Virus genome (UHGV): UHGV-0206448
Source: a virus
DNA length: 41,488 bases
Strand: one strand, 5' to 3'
The notes under the pieces were generated by a model that ran no database searches, was not told the origin of the DNA, and was given only the letters and a program-made list of their open reading frames with translations. This document shows, piece after piece, positions 27,335 through 35,090 of this stretch (position 1 is its first letter; each line of letters begins with the position of its first letter). Both the position numbers and the translations under genes were made by a program.

Positions 27335-28696
27335 ATGGAAAATTTGATTATAGATTGCTTCGCCGGAGGAGGTGGAGCGAGCGTAGGAATAGAAATGGCA
27401 CTTGGAAGACAAGTAGATATTGCAATCAATCACGATCCGGATGCAATTTTGATGCACAAGACAAACCATCCGAAAACATTGCATCTCACAGAAGATATAT
27501 TCAGGGTAGATTTGAAGAAATATGTGAAAGGAAAGCGAGTTGCTTTAATGTGGGCGAGTCCTGATTGTACCAGCCACAGCAAGGCGAAAGGTGGAAAACC
27601 GAGGGAAAAAGGACTTCGGATTTTGCCTTGGGCGGTATACAAACACGCAAAAGCAATTCTCCCAGATGTGATTATTATGGAAAACGTGGAAGAGATTCAG
27701 CAGTGGGGACCTTTGGATGAAAACGGGCATCCGATTAAGGAGCGGCGTGGGGAAGATTATGAGAAGTTCATTACGGCAATGAAGAGTCTCGGGTATATAT
27801 TCGACTGCCGGGAGCTTGTTGCGGCAGACTATGGCGCGCCAACCACGAGAAAGCGCTGGTATGCAATTTTCAGGAGAGATGGAAAAGACATCGTGTGGCC
27901 AGAAAAGACAAATTTTAAATCCAGAGATCCGAAATGGCAGGAATGCGGGGCATATATCGATTGGTCTGATTTAGGGAAAACGATATTTGATAGACAGAAA
28001 CCGTTGGCAGATGCAACGATGAAAAGGATTGCAAATGGAATCAGAAAATATGTAATAGACAATCCATCTCCCTATATCGTGAGAAATAAAGATGCTGTTG
28101 CATTTATGATTCAATATCACGGAGAAACAAAAATTGGAGAATCAAGAGGACAGTTACTGACAGAACCAATTAAAACAATCGACACATCAAACAGGTACGG
28201 GCTGGTGACAGCTTTCATTACAAAATTTTATAAAAGTGGAATCGGACAGGGATGCAACGAACCTTTACACACAATCACAACATCACCTGGACATTTTGGA
28301 TTGATATCTGCGTTTTTAATTAAGTATTACGGAACTGGCGGAGGACAAGAACTTTCAAATCCGCTTGCAACGATTACCACAAAAGATCGTTTCGGGCTGG
28401 TAAATGTGATTCTGGATATCAAAGGCGAAAAGTATGTCCTGAAGGATATTTTTTTGAGAATGTTAAAACCGGAAGAGCTTAAATTAATGCAAGGATTTCC
28501 GGAGGACTACATCATTGACAGGGATTACAAATACAGGAGATATCCGATCGCAAAACAAGTAGCTAGAATCGGAAACAGTGTAGTGCCAATCATGGCACAG
28601 AAACTGGTAGAAGCAAACTGCCCGTATTTAAAAATCGGGAATAGGGTGCCGAACATAGAAATATATGAGGATGAGCAACAAATTAGGTTTGCGTAG
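27335..28696 (+). CDS. DNA (cytosine-5)-methyltransferase, orphan (no cognate restriction endonuclease nearby).
   Basis: Motif I 'DCFAGGGGASVG', motif IV 'SPDCTSHS', ENV 'IIMENVEEI', motif X 'RIGNSVVPIMA'. Internally duplicated ~32-aa segment in the variable region. Confidence 0.9.
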   Translation: MENLIIDCFAGGGGASVGIEMALGRQVDIAINHDPDAILMHKTNHPKTLHLTEDIFRVDLKKYVKGKRVALMWASPDCTSHSKAKGGKPREKGLRILPWAVYKHAKAILPDVIIMENVEEIQQWGPLDENGHPIKERRGEDYEKFITAMKSLGYIFDCRELVAADYGAPTTRKRWYAIFRRDGKDIVWPEKTNFKSRDPKWQECGAYIDWSDLGKTIFDRQKPLADATMKRIANGIRKYVIDNPSPYIVRNKDAVAFMIQYHGETKIGESRGQLLTEPIKTIDTSNRYGLVTAFITKFYKSGIGQGCNEPLHTITTSPGHFGLISAFLIKYYGTGGGQELSNPLATITTKDRFGLVNVILDIKGEKYVLKDIFLRMLKPEELKLMQGFPEDYIIDRDYKYRRYPIAKQVARIGNSVVPIMAQKLVEANCPYLKIGNRVPNIEIYEDEQQIRFA

Positions 28697-28711
28697 TAGG
28701 AGGAATGACTA

Positions 28712-28894
28712 ATGCCAAAAGTGAAAGAAACACGCTTGCGAAAAGGCGACACGATCAAATGCGCTGATGCAGAGGATTGCGTGAGGACAATGACCGAATT
28801 GGCGGTCTGCGGGATAGATACAGATTTTCTCTACGAAAAAGATGGAGAGAGTGGCTTATGGTTGGAAATAACGGGAGGAAAATTAGATGGATGA
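28712..28894 (+). CDS. Hypothetical 60-aa acidic protein.
   Basis: RBS AGGAGG. Confidence 0.4.
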   Translation: MPKVKETRLRKGDTIKCADAEDCVRTMTELAVCGIDTDFLYEKDGESGLWLEITGGKLDG

Positions 28895-29201
28895 GAAGAA
28901 AGTTAGAGAAGCGATATACTGTATGAAAGAAAGTATTGGTGAAACAATGTGTGAAGAGTGCGTTAATTACTACAAATGTGACCGCACCAAAATGGACGAT
29001 ATGATGAGGACCGCAATCGAAGCACTGGAAAAACAGCTGCCCAAAAAAGTGAAAGTTAAAGAGTGGAGTCCTGCCAGATGTCCTTCTTGCGGAGCTGAAT
29101 TATCTGAGTCTTTGGGAGATGGATATTATAGACATCCAACATTTTTAAAAAGATGTCCAAATGTAGATTGCGGTCAGAGACTTGATTGGTCAGAAGAATA
29201 G
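28887..29201 (+). CDS. Cys-rich zinc-ribbon protein, hypothetical.
   Basis: 104 aa. CxxC pairs 'CEECVNYYKC', 'CPSCGAEL', 'CPNVDCGQ'. RBS GGAGG. Confidence 0.45.
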   Translation: MDEKKVREAIYCMKESIGETMCEECVNYYKCDRTKMDDMMRTAIEALEKQLPKKVKVKEWSPARCPSCGAELSESLGDGYYRHPTFLKRCPNVDCGQRLDWSEE

Positions 29202-29216
29202 GAGAGTGAAATAGCT

Positions 29217-29363
29217 ATGATGGGAAGATGCAAATTAACAAGTATATGCGGATCCGATCGTTGCTGCATAGAATGCCCAGAAAATGATATTTGCAATATG
29301 CAGTGTGTAGATAAGGACATGTATGAGTATTGTGTGGAGTGTCCGGAATATGAGGAGGAGTAG
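29217..29363 (+). CDS. 48-aa Cys-rich mini-protein (12 Cys).
   Basis: 'MMGRCKLTSICGSDRCCIECPENDICNMQCVDKDMYEYCVECPEYEEE'. RBS GGAGAG. Below the ORF-track size cutoff. Confidence 0.3.
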   Translation: MMGRCKLTSICGSDRCCIECPENDICNMQCVDKDMYEYCVECPEYEEE

Positions 29364-29365
29364 TG

Positions 29366-29518
29366 ATGAAAAAATATGATATTTTAATTGCGAAATTGTA
29401 TGCGTGCTGTGGAAATCAAGAAGAGTTTCCACGTGAGCCGATTACCATTGATACTAATAAAATGAGTGAGTTATTGGAAGGTGTATTTATAAAAGCAGGA
29501 TTGTTGGAGGTGGAGTAA
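29366..29518 (+). CDS. 50-aa hypothetical protein.
   Basis: Strong RBS GAGGAGGAG. Its stop overlaps the start of the next gene. Confidence 0.35.
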   Translation: MKKYDILIAKLYACCGNQEEFPREPITIDTNKMSELLEGVFIKAGLLEVE

Positions 29519-30177
29519 TGAACGTATTAGAGAAGATTTTGGAAGAGATAGACAATATGGAGAAAATATATGTTGATTGTAAGAGAGACAATTTTAACGA
29601 TGGGTTTGAAAGATGTAAGAAAGAATGTTGTGAAATTATCCGTTCTCACATGGTAGAAAAAGAAAATGTGACAAGTGCTGAGATAATAAGAAATTTCATT
29701 GATGGAAAGCCATATTACTCCATTAAGTTCAAAGAAACAGGCAAAGACGATTATACGATTGGATATTCTTCGTACAATTTAGCATATGTTATTGAGTGGC
29801 TGAACGAATGTTTTGAGTTTTGTGGAAAAACTAAAGTGGCTAGTGACAATGGCGGTTGGATTCCGGTGAGTGAGAAATTGCCGGAAGTCGGGAAGATGGT
29901 AAAAGTTACCGTACACTCATCCGAATGGATTGAAGACTACGATTCAGACTGGGTTCCAGAAGAAGAAAAGACATACCATCCGGAAGAATACAATGTGTAT
30001 GATGGATATCTGAGCAGAACAGGAGAATGGAAATTCTATGACGAGCAACATTCGGAAAACACCTGTGTAAAAGAATTTGAAACAGACAAAGAGATGATAT
30101 ATGATGTCGTAACAGCATGGCTGCCGATAGAACAGCCAGAACCATACAAGGAGGAAGTCAATGAGAATATGGGATAA
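29518..30177 (+). CDS. DUF551-like phage protein.
   Basis: 219 aa with 'GGWIPVSEKLPEVGKMVKVTV', the DUF551-type motif. Confidence 0.5.
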   Translation: MNVLEKILEEIDNMEKIYVDCKRDNFNDGFERCKKECCEIIRSHMVEKENVTSAEIIRNFIDGKPYYSIKFKETGKDDYTIGYSSYNLAYVIEWLNECFEFCGKTKVASDNGGWIPVSEKLPEVGKMVKVTVHSSEWIEDYDSDWVPEEEKTYHPEEYNVYDGYLSRTGEWKFYDEQHSENTCVKEFETDKEMIYDVVTAWLPIEQPEPYKEEVNENMG

Positions 30178-30376
30178 AGAATACCTTGATTGCCCAGATT
30201 GCCCGAAGTGTAAGCCAAAGGAGACGTTGAGAAATGGAGTCAGATGGGGAATCTGTGGCATGGGTGGAAACATCGTATATCTGGAGCCGTGGAAAGAAGA
30301 AAGAGTAAGTGGAAGAGGATACATTCACCACAATGTAAGCAGCTGCGGATTATTTAAAGCTAACAAGGAGAAATAA
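30161..30376 (+). CDS. Hypothetical 71-aa Cys-containing protein.
   Basis: RBS AAGGAGGAAG. Confidence 0.4.
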   Translation: MRIWDKEYLDCPDCPKCKPKETLRNGVRWGICGMGGNIVYLEPWKEERVSGRGYIHHNVSSCGLFKANKEK

Positions 30377-30377
30377 C

Positions 30378-30566
30378 ATGGACATTTTAATCACAATCGC
30401 ATTCTTGACCCTTTACTACATATTGGGGCTTGGAGCGGTCATAGCATTTAAGGAGACCGGATTGGAAGAAGTCGAGTTGGAAAAGTCAGATTATTTAATG
30501 GCAGTATTTTTTCCGCTTGTGGTGTTTTTGGATAGTGCGGAGATTATGGAGGAGATACAGGTATGA
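30378..30566 (+). CDS. 62-aa membrane protein, hypothetical.
   Basis: RBS AAGGAG. TM 'ILITIAFLTLYYILGLGAVIAF'. Confidence 0.4.
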   Translation: MDILITIAFLTLYYILGLGAVIAFKETGLEEVELEKSDYLMAVFFPLVVFLDSAEIMEEIQV

Positions 30567-30775
30567 GAGGAACCTTAAAGCACCGGCGCGGAAAGAAAGA
30601 GATGAAGCAAGACCGTGATGATCACTTTGCAGATCTGGCCGAACATGAACCAACAGAGAATGCCAAAAAGTGGATGCAAAGAGGTGCGTACTCAGTAGAG
30701 GACTGCTTAAGAAAATGGGGAGTAGATACGAAAGGGAGTGTTTCCAGTGGACAAGAAAACTTTAAAAAAGTATAA
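30563..30775 (+). CDS. Hypothetical 70-aa protein.
   Basis: RBS GGAGGAG. Confidence 0.4.
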   Translation: MRGTLKHRRGKKEMKQDRDDHFADLAEHEPTENAKKWMQRGAYSVEDCLRKWGVDTKGSVSSGQENFKKV

Positions 30776-31160
30776 GCCGAACAAAGACAGGTTAATCCGA
30801 ATAGAGGAGAGGATACAAGAACTTTGCGAACGGGAACCAACTGTTGTTATGGGGAAAGTAACAGGATCCAGTGCAGATTTCCCATACACGGAAGTGCGAA
30901 CATCAGTCCAGATGTATGATCCTTACGAAGACGAGAATGTAAGACAGCAGATTAGGCGAAAAGAAGCGGACAGGCTGCGGATCCTGAAAGAGCAAGAAGA
31001 AGTCGAAGACTACATAAATGGGATTGGCGATCCGGAGATTAAGGAGATATTCGAGTTGCACTATCTTGAGGGGAAAACCCAACAAAAAGTCGCAGATGAA
31101 ATTGGATATACCCAGGCGCGAGTATCGCAGATTATAAGCGGACAGCTTAAAGATTTATAA
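30747..31160 (+). CDS. Sigma-70 region-4-like HTH protein, putative late-gene activator (ArpU/RinA-like role).
   Basis: 'IFELHYLEGKTQQKVADEIGYTQARVSQII' is a region-4-type HTH. Last gene before the structural operon. GTG start at 30747 with RBS AAAGGGAG; the track ORF starts at 30738. Confidence 0.6.
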   Translation: MDKKTLKKYKPNKDRLIRIEERIQELCEREPTVVMGKVTGSSADFPYTEVRTSVQMYDPYEDENVRQQIRRKEADRLRILKEQEEVEDYINGIGDPEIKEIFELHYLEGKTQQKVADEIGYTQARVSQIISGQLKDL

Positions 31161-31244
31161 CATTTATATTTTACTTATGATATAATTATTCTAGAATTAT
31201 TAGGATAATGTTCTGATTGTTTCCCCCAGGAATCTATATGTTGT

Positions 31245-31275
31245 AAAAGCGCCCCCGGTTTGAGGGCGTTTTTGG
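31245..31275 (+). terminator. Rho-independent terminator closing the early/middle operon.
   Basis: GCGCCC...GGGCG stem followed by TTTTT. Confidence 0.55.
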
Positions 31276-31298
31276 TATAGAATATATTGCGAAAATGG

Positions 31299-31306
31299 TG
31301 TATAAT
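31299..31306 (+). promoter_or_regulatory. Extended -10 promoter (TGTATAAT) for the moron gene.
   Basis: Read directly, about 30 nt upstream of the RBS GGGGGG / ATG at 31338. Confidence 0.4.
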
Positions 31307-31337
31307 AAAAGAAAAACACATTGGGGGGAATTTAGTT

Positions 31338-31946
31338 ATGACAATACAGGAGTATAATACAAATATTTGGATGTTTTATTTACAATTAGAAAATGATTTT
31401 TATAACACATTAGGCTTTGTTGAATTTAGTGAAGATAATTTTTCCACATATTCAAAAGAATATGCAAAACAATTATTGGCGATTGGTTCTGAAGTAGATA
31501 TTGTATGTAAAGAGCTATGTAAGAATATCGCACCGAATCAACCTAGAAATAACATTTCAACTTATGCAGAGGTGCTTTGCAATTATGAAAATTTTACAAG
31601 TGAAAAAGTGATATATGAATATACTGGAGAAGAATTCGAACCGTTTAGAGGATGGACAAGTAATGATAGTCCAAGATGGTGGAGAGCCTATAATAGCGTT
31701 AAACACGATAGATTAGATAGCGATAATCAAAAGAAGGCAAATTTAGAAAATGTTTTTAATGCGCTTGCAGGACTATATATGTTAAATAGATTTTTGTGTA
31801 AAAAAGTGTGTGAGGGGAACACGATAAATGAGCCAGAAATAAAATCGAGATTGTTTAAAATGAAAGGATGGGGAGTTACGACAAGAATTGGTGGTGACTT
31901 CGCTTTACGTACAAGAGAAAATGGAAACATGGGAATTCTAGTATAG
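31338..31946 (+). CDS. HEPN-motif protein, Abi-like moron. Candidate abortive-infection/RNase.
   Basis: 202 aa in a markedly AT-rich island. 'RWWRAYNSVKHDR' carries an R-x6-H HEPN-type motif. Flanked by its own promoter and terminators. Confidence 0.5.
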   Translation: MTIQEYNTNIWMFYLQLENDFYNTLGFVEFSEDNFSTYSKEYAKQLLAIGSEVDIVCKELCKNIAPNQPRNNISTYAEVLCNYENFTSEKVIYEYTGEEFEPFRGWTSNDSPRWWRAYNSVKHDRLDSDNQKKANLENVFNALAGLYMLNRFLCKKVCEGNTINEPEIKSRLFKMKGWGVTTRIGGDFALRTRENGNMGILV

Positions 31947-31963
31947 ATTTAAAATAGAGAGAA

Positions 31964-31988
31964 GGCACCTTTCGGGGTGCTTTTTCTT
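31964..31988 (+). terminator. Rho-independent terminator after the moron gene.
   Basis: GGCACC-TTTCGG-GGTGCT hairpin followed by TTTTT. Confidence 0.6.
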
Positions 31989-32229
31989 ATACCGTGGTCA
32001 GTTGGGACAAGCAGGTTCGATTCCTACACACGGTTTTGTGATGTAAGGTTTGCGGCTTACCAGCTGGGGGGTGCTGTAGGGAGTGCACACCGGCTTTACA
32101 TCGCAAATGGTACCAAAACGCAGATATCCGCAGATCTGCCAGAACAAACAAGTAGACAATATGTCTATATTTAGTGTAATCAGCGCACCCGAGCGCGGAT
32201 AGGGTAAAGGATGTCAGACGGCATCCTGT

Positions 32230-32302
32230 GGGTGTATAGCTCAGTTGGTAGAGCAATCGGCTGTTAACCGATGTGTCGTAGGTTCGAGTCCTACTATACC
32301 CG
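32230..32302 (+). tRNA. tRNA-Asn (anticodon GTT).
   Basis: Cloverleaf by hand. Acceptor GGGTGTA/TATACCC, D-arm GCTC-AGTTGGTA-GAGC, anticodon arm ATCGG-CTGTTAA-CCGAT, T-arm GTAGG-TTCGAGT-CCTAC, discriminator G. No encoded CCA. Confidence 0.9.
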
Positions 32303-32431
32303 TTGTGGACTACTGCAAGCTCCTTTTCTTATAAATTGTTTGTGTACTTGGTTATTTTGGTTTTTGTTGGCGTTTGTAATTTTCATAGCAGTAGTCCTAA
32401 ATTCTTAGCATCCAGAGATGGGTGCTTTTGC

Positions 32432-32460
32432 TTGAAAGAGAATAGGGGGCATTGTAAAAT
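32432..32460 (+). promoter_or_regulatory. Sigma-A-like promoter (TTGAAA-17-TAAAAT) upstream of the orphan ImmA-like gene and the late operon.
   Basis: Read directly. -35 at 32432-32437, -10 at 32455-32460. Confidence 0.45.
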
Positions 32461-32504
32461 ATATGCGTGGTAATTGTTAGGCGCAGGATGAGGAGGAAAA
32501 ACGC

Positions 32505-32990
32505 ATGGAAGAGAAAGAACAAGTTGAGAAATTGGTGGAATTCGCAAGAGAAGTTTCGAAATTTTTACACATTACTACCCCAAGTATAAGGTACAAAGAA
32601 CACGGAGGCTATGGGAGTTCATGGTACGATCCTGAAACTGACACTGTTTATATAGGCGTGGAAGCAAGAACTAGAGATGCGTATTATGACATTGCTCATG
32701 AAGTCAGACATAAATGGCAATGGGTAACGGATTCTGATTTTTATTATTCAAAGTATAAAGAAGTTGGAATAGTGAGCCTAGAAGAATATAGGTCGCAGAT
32801 ATCTGAGATAGACGCAGACGCATTTGCCGTACTTATGACGGCAATATATCTAAATGAAGTGGTTAAACTAAATGGATATTCGAATAAGGAGAAGGAAAAT
32901 ATTATTCGAAGAGCAATGAAAATTGCCAAGGAGTATAATATAAAATTCCCATTTGAGGATTATTGCGGAATGATGAAGATAACATTATAA
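32505..32990 (+). CDS. Orphan ImmA/IrrE-like (DUF955-type) zinc metallopeptidase.
   Basis: 161 aa. Canonical 'HEVRH' followed 43 residues later by 'EIDADAFAV', the ImmA-family HExxH...ExxAxxFA arrangement. RBS GAGGAGG. No adjacent XRE partner. Confidence 0.55.
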   Translation: MEEKEQVEKLVEFAREVSKFLHITTPSIRYKEHGGYGSSWYDPETDTVYIGVEARTRDAYYDIAHEVRHKWQWVTDSDFYYSKYKEVGIVSLEEYRSQISEIDADAFAVLMTAIYLNEVVKLNGYSNKEKENIIRRAMKIAKEYNIKFPFEDYCGMMKITL

Positions 32991-33081
32991 CGACATGAAT
33001 TGACGATAACTATATGCCTATAGATTAAGGTGTATAGTTATTTTTATGCAGAATAGAACAGAATGGAAGGTGGTGAGTCCT

Positions 33082-33669
33082 ATGACAGAAAAACAGAAAA
33101 TATTTGCAGATGAGTACTTGATTGATCTAAATGCCACACGGGCTTACCGCGTCGCATATCCAAGCGTAAAGAAAGAAGAGTCAGCAGCAGTAAATGGAAG
33201 TAAGTTGCTAAGAAATGCTAAGGTTGCAGAATATATTGCCGAAAGAATGGAAGAGCGGCAGAAGCGGACGGAGATCACGCAGGATCGGGTTTTAAATGAA
33301 CTGGCCGCAATTGCTTTTTCCAAGGCTTCTGATTATGCGAAAGTAGTTGAGAAACAGGCTACAGCAGAAGTAGATGGAAATATTATTCCACTTGTAGGAG
33401 AAGACGGAGAACCGATTCTTTATCGGACCGTAGAATTGGAGCTTACAGATAACCTTACAGAGGAACAGCAGCGAGCCCTCGGAACGATTAAAAAGGGGCG
33501 CGATGGATTGGAACAGAAGCCCTGCGACAAGGTAAAGGCGCTCGAGCTTCTTGGCAGGCATTTGGGTATGTGGAATGATAAGATAAACGTCGAAGGACAG
33601 GTGGAAGCCAAAAATCCATTTGCAGATCTGACGACAGAAGAATTGAAGAAGTTGGTCGGCGATGGATAG
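33082..33669 (+). CDS. Terminase small subunit (Terminase_2/P27 family).
   Basis: 'MTEKQKIFADEYLIDLNATRAYRVAYP' is the Terminase_2 N-terminus. Start at the ATG at 33082 with RBS GGAAGGTGG. Confidence 0.85.
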   Translation: MTEKQKIFADEYLIDLNATRAYRVAYPSVKKEESAAVNGSKLLRNAKVAEYIAERMEERQKRTEITQDRVLNELAAIAFSKASDYAKVVEKQATAEVDGNIIPLVGEDGEPILYRTVELELTDNLTEEQQRALGTIKKGRDGLEQKPCDKVKALELLGRHLGMWNDKINVEGQVEAKNPFADLTTEELKKLVGDG

Positions 33670-35089
33670 GGAAGAACGAATTAAACAAGGGGCTTTGATA
33701 GAACTTGCAAAGCGTGAGTTCTTTTTTTATTGTCAATTAAAAGCACCGGATTTTTATAAAAGCGATAGAACGTTTTTAGTAAATCTTTGTAATGGGCTTC
33801 AGGAATTTGTGGAATCTGATGAAGAGGTGTGTATTGTAAATATCCCTCCGAGACACGGAAAAAGCAGAACCGCAGGAAATCTTGTGGAATGGTGTCTAGG
33901 GAATGACCCAACATATAAGATCATGACTGGTTCCTACAATGAAACACTGTCTACTATGTTTTCGAAAAATGTGAGAAATAGCATACAAGAGAAAAAAGCT
34001 GATGAAAGTAAACCAGTGTTTTCGGACGTATTCCCGGGAGTAGAAATAAAGTACGGAGATGGTGCCATGAATCTATGGAGCCTCGAAGGCGGCTATAACA
34101 ACTATCTTGCGACATCGCCTACCGGAACAGCTACAGGATTTGGATGCAATCTGATGATTATAGATGACCTTATCAAGTCAGCACTGGAAGCAAACAATGC
34201 AACGGTATTGGAAAACCATTGGTCATGGTTTACAGATACGATGTTGTCACGTTTGGAAGAGGGTGGGAAAATTATCGTAATCATGACGAGATGGCATAGC
34301 GAAGACTTGGCGGGGAGAGTACTGGAATGGTGTCAAAACAGCAATAAAAAATACCGACATATAAAAGATAAGGCTTTACTGGATCCTACTAAGCGCTTAA
34401 TGCTCTGCCCGGAGATTCTCAGCTATGAGTCTTACAAAGATAAAACAAGCGCGATGGGAGAAGATATCGCCAGCGCTAACTACAATCAGGAGCCAATTGA
34501 TCTAAAAGGACGGCTATACACAAAATTTAAGACTTACGAAGATATACCGCGGGATTTCAATGGGGATCAACTCTTTACGGAGGTTAAAAATTACACTGAT
34601 ACGGCTGATGAAGGAAGCGATTACTTATGCAGCATTACTTATGGGGTGTACAACATGGAAGCTTATGTGCTCGATATAATCTATACTCAAGAGGCTATGG
34701 AGCACACAGAAGGAAAAGTAGCAAAAATGCTATTTGATCATAGAGTAAACATTGCTGATATTGAATCTAATAATGGAGGAAAAGGATTTGCAAGGGCGGT
34801 AGAAAGTATTTTGCAGCAACAATTCCAAACGAATAAAACATCAATTAAGTGGTTCCACCAGTCACAGAACAAGAAAGCAAGGATTTTATCTAACGCCACT
34901 TGGGTGATGGACCATATTTATTTTCCGAAGAATTGGAGAGATAGATGGCCAGATTATTATAAAGACATGAATAAGTATCAAAGAGAAGGTAAAAATGCAC
35001 ACGATGATGCGCCGGATGCAACTACTGGAATTGCTGAAAAGATAAGCAAGGGTAAAGTGAAGTTAAAGACCTTTAGAGGAGGAATATAA
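33662..35089 (+). CDS. Terminase large subunit.
   Basis: 475 aa. Walker A 'IPPRHGKS'. ATPase plus nuclease architecture. Overlaps the TerS stop. Confidence 0.9.
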   Translation: MDREERIKQGALIELAKREFFFYCQLKAPDFYKSDRTFLVNLCNGLQEFVESDEEVCIVNIPPRHGKSRTAGNLVEWCLGNDPTYKIMTGSYNETLSTMFSKNVRNSIQEKKADESKPVFSDVFPGVEIKYGDGAMNLWSLEGGYNNYLATSPTGTATGFGCNLMIIDDLIKSALEANNATVLENHWSWFTDTMLSRLEEGGKIIVIMTRWHSEDLAGRVLEWCQNSNKKYRHIKDKALLDPTKRLMLCPEILSYESYKDKTSAMGEDIASANYNQEPIDLKGRLYTKFKTYEDIPRDFNGDQLFTEVKNYTDTADEGSDYLCSITYGVYNMEAYVLDIIYTQEAMEHTEGKVAKMLFDHRVNIADIESNNGGKGFARAVESILQQQFQTNKTSIKWFHQSQNKKARILSNATWVMDHIYFPKNWRDRWPDYYKDMNKYQREGKNAHDDAPDATTGIAEKISKGKVKLKTFRGGI

Positions 35090-35090
35090 A

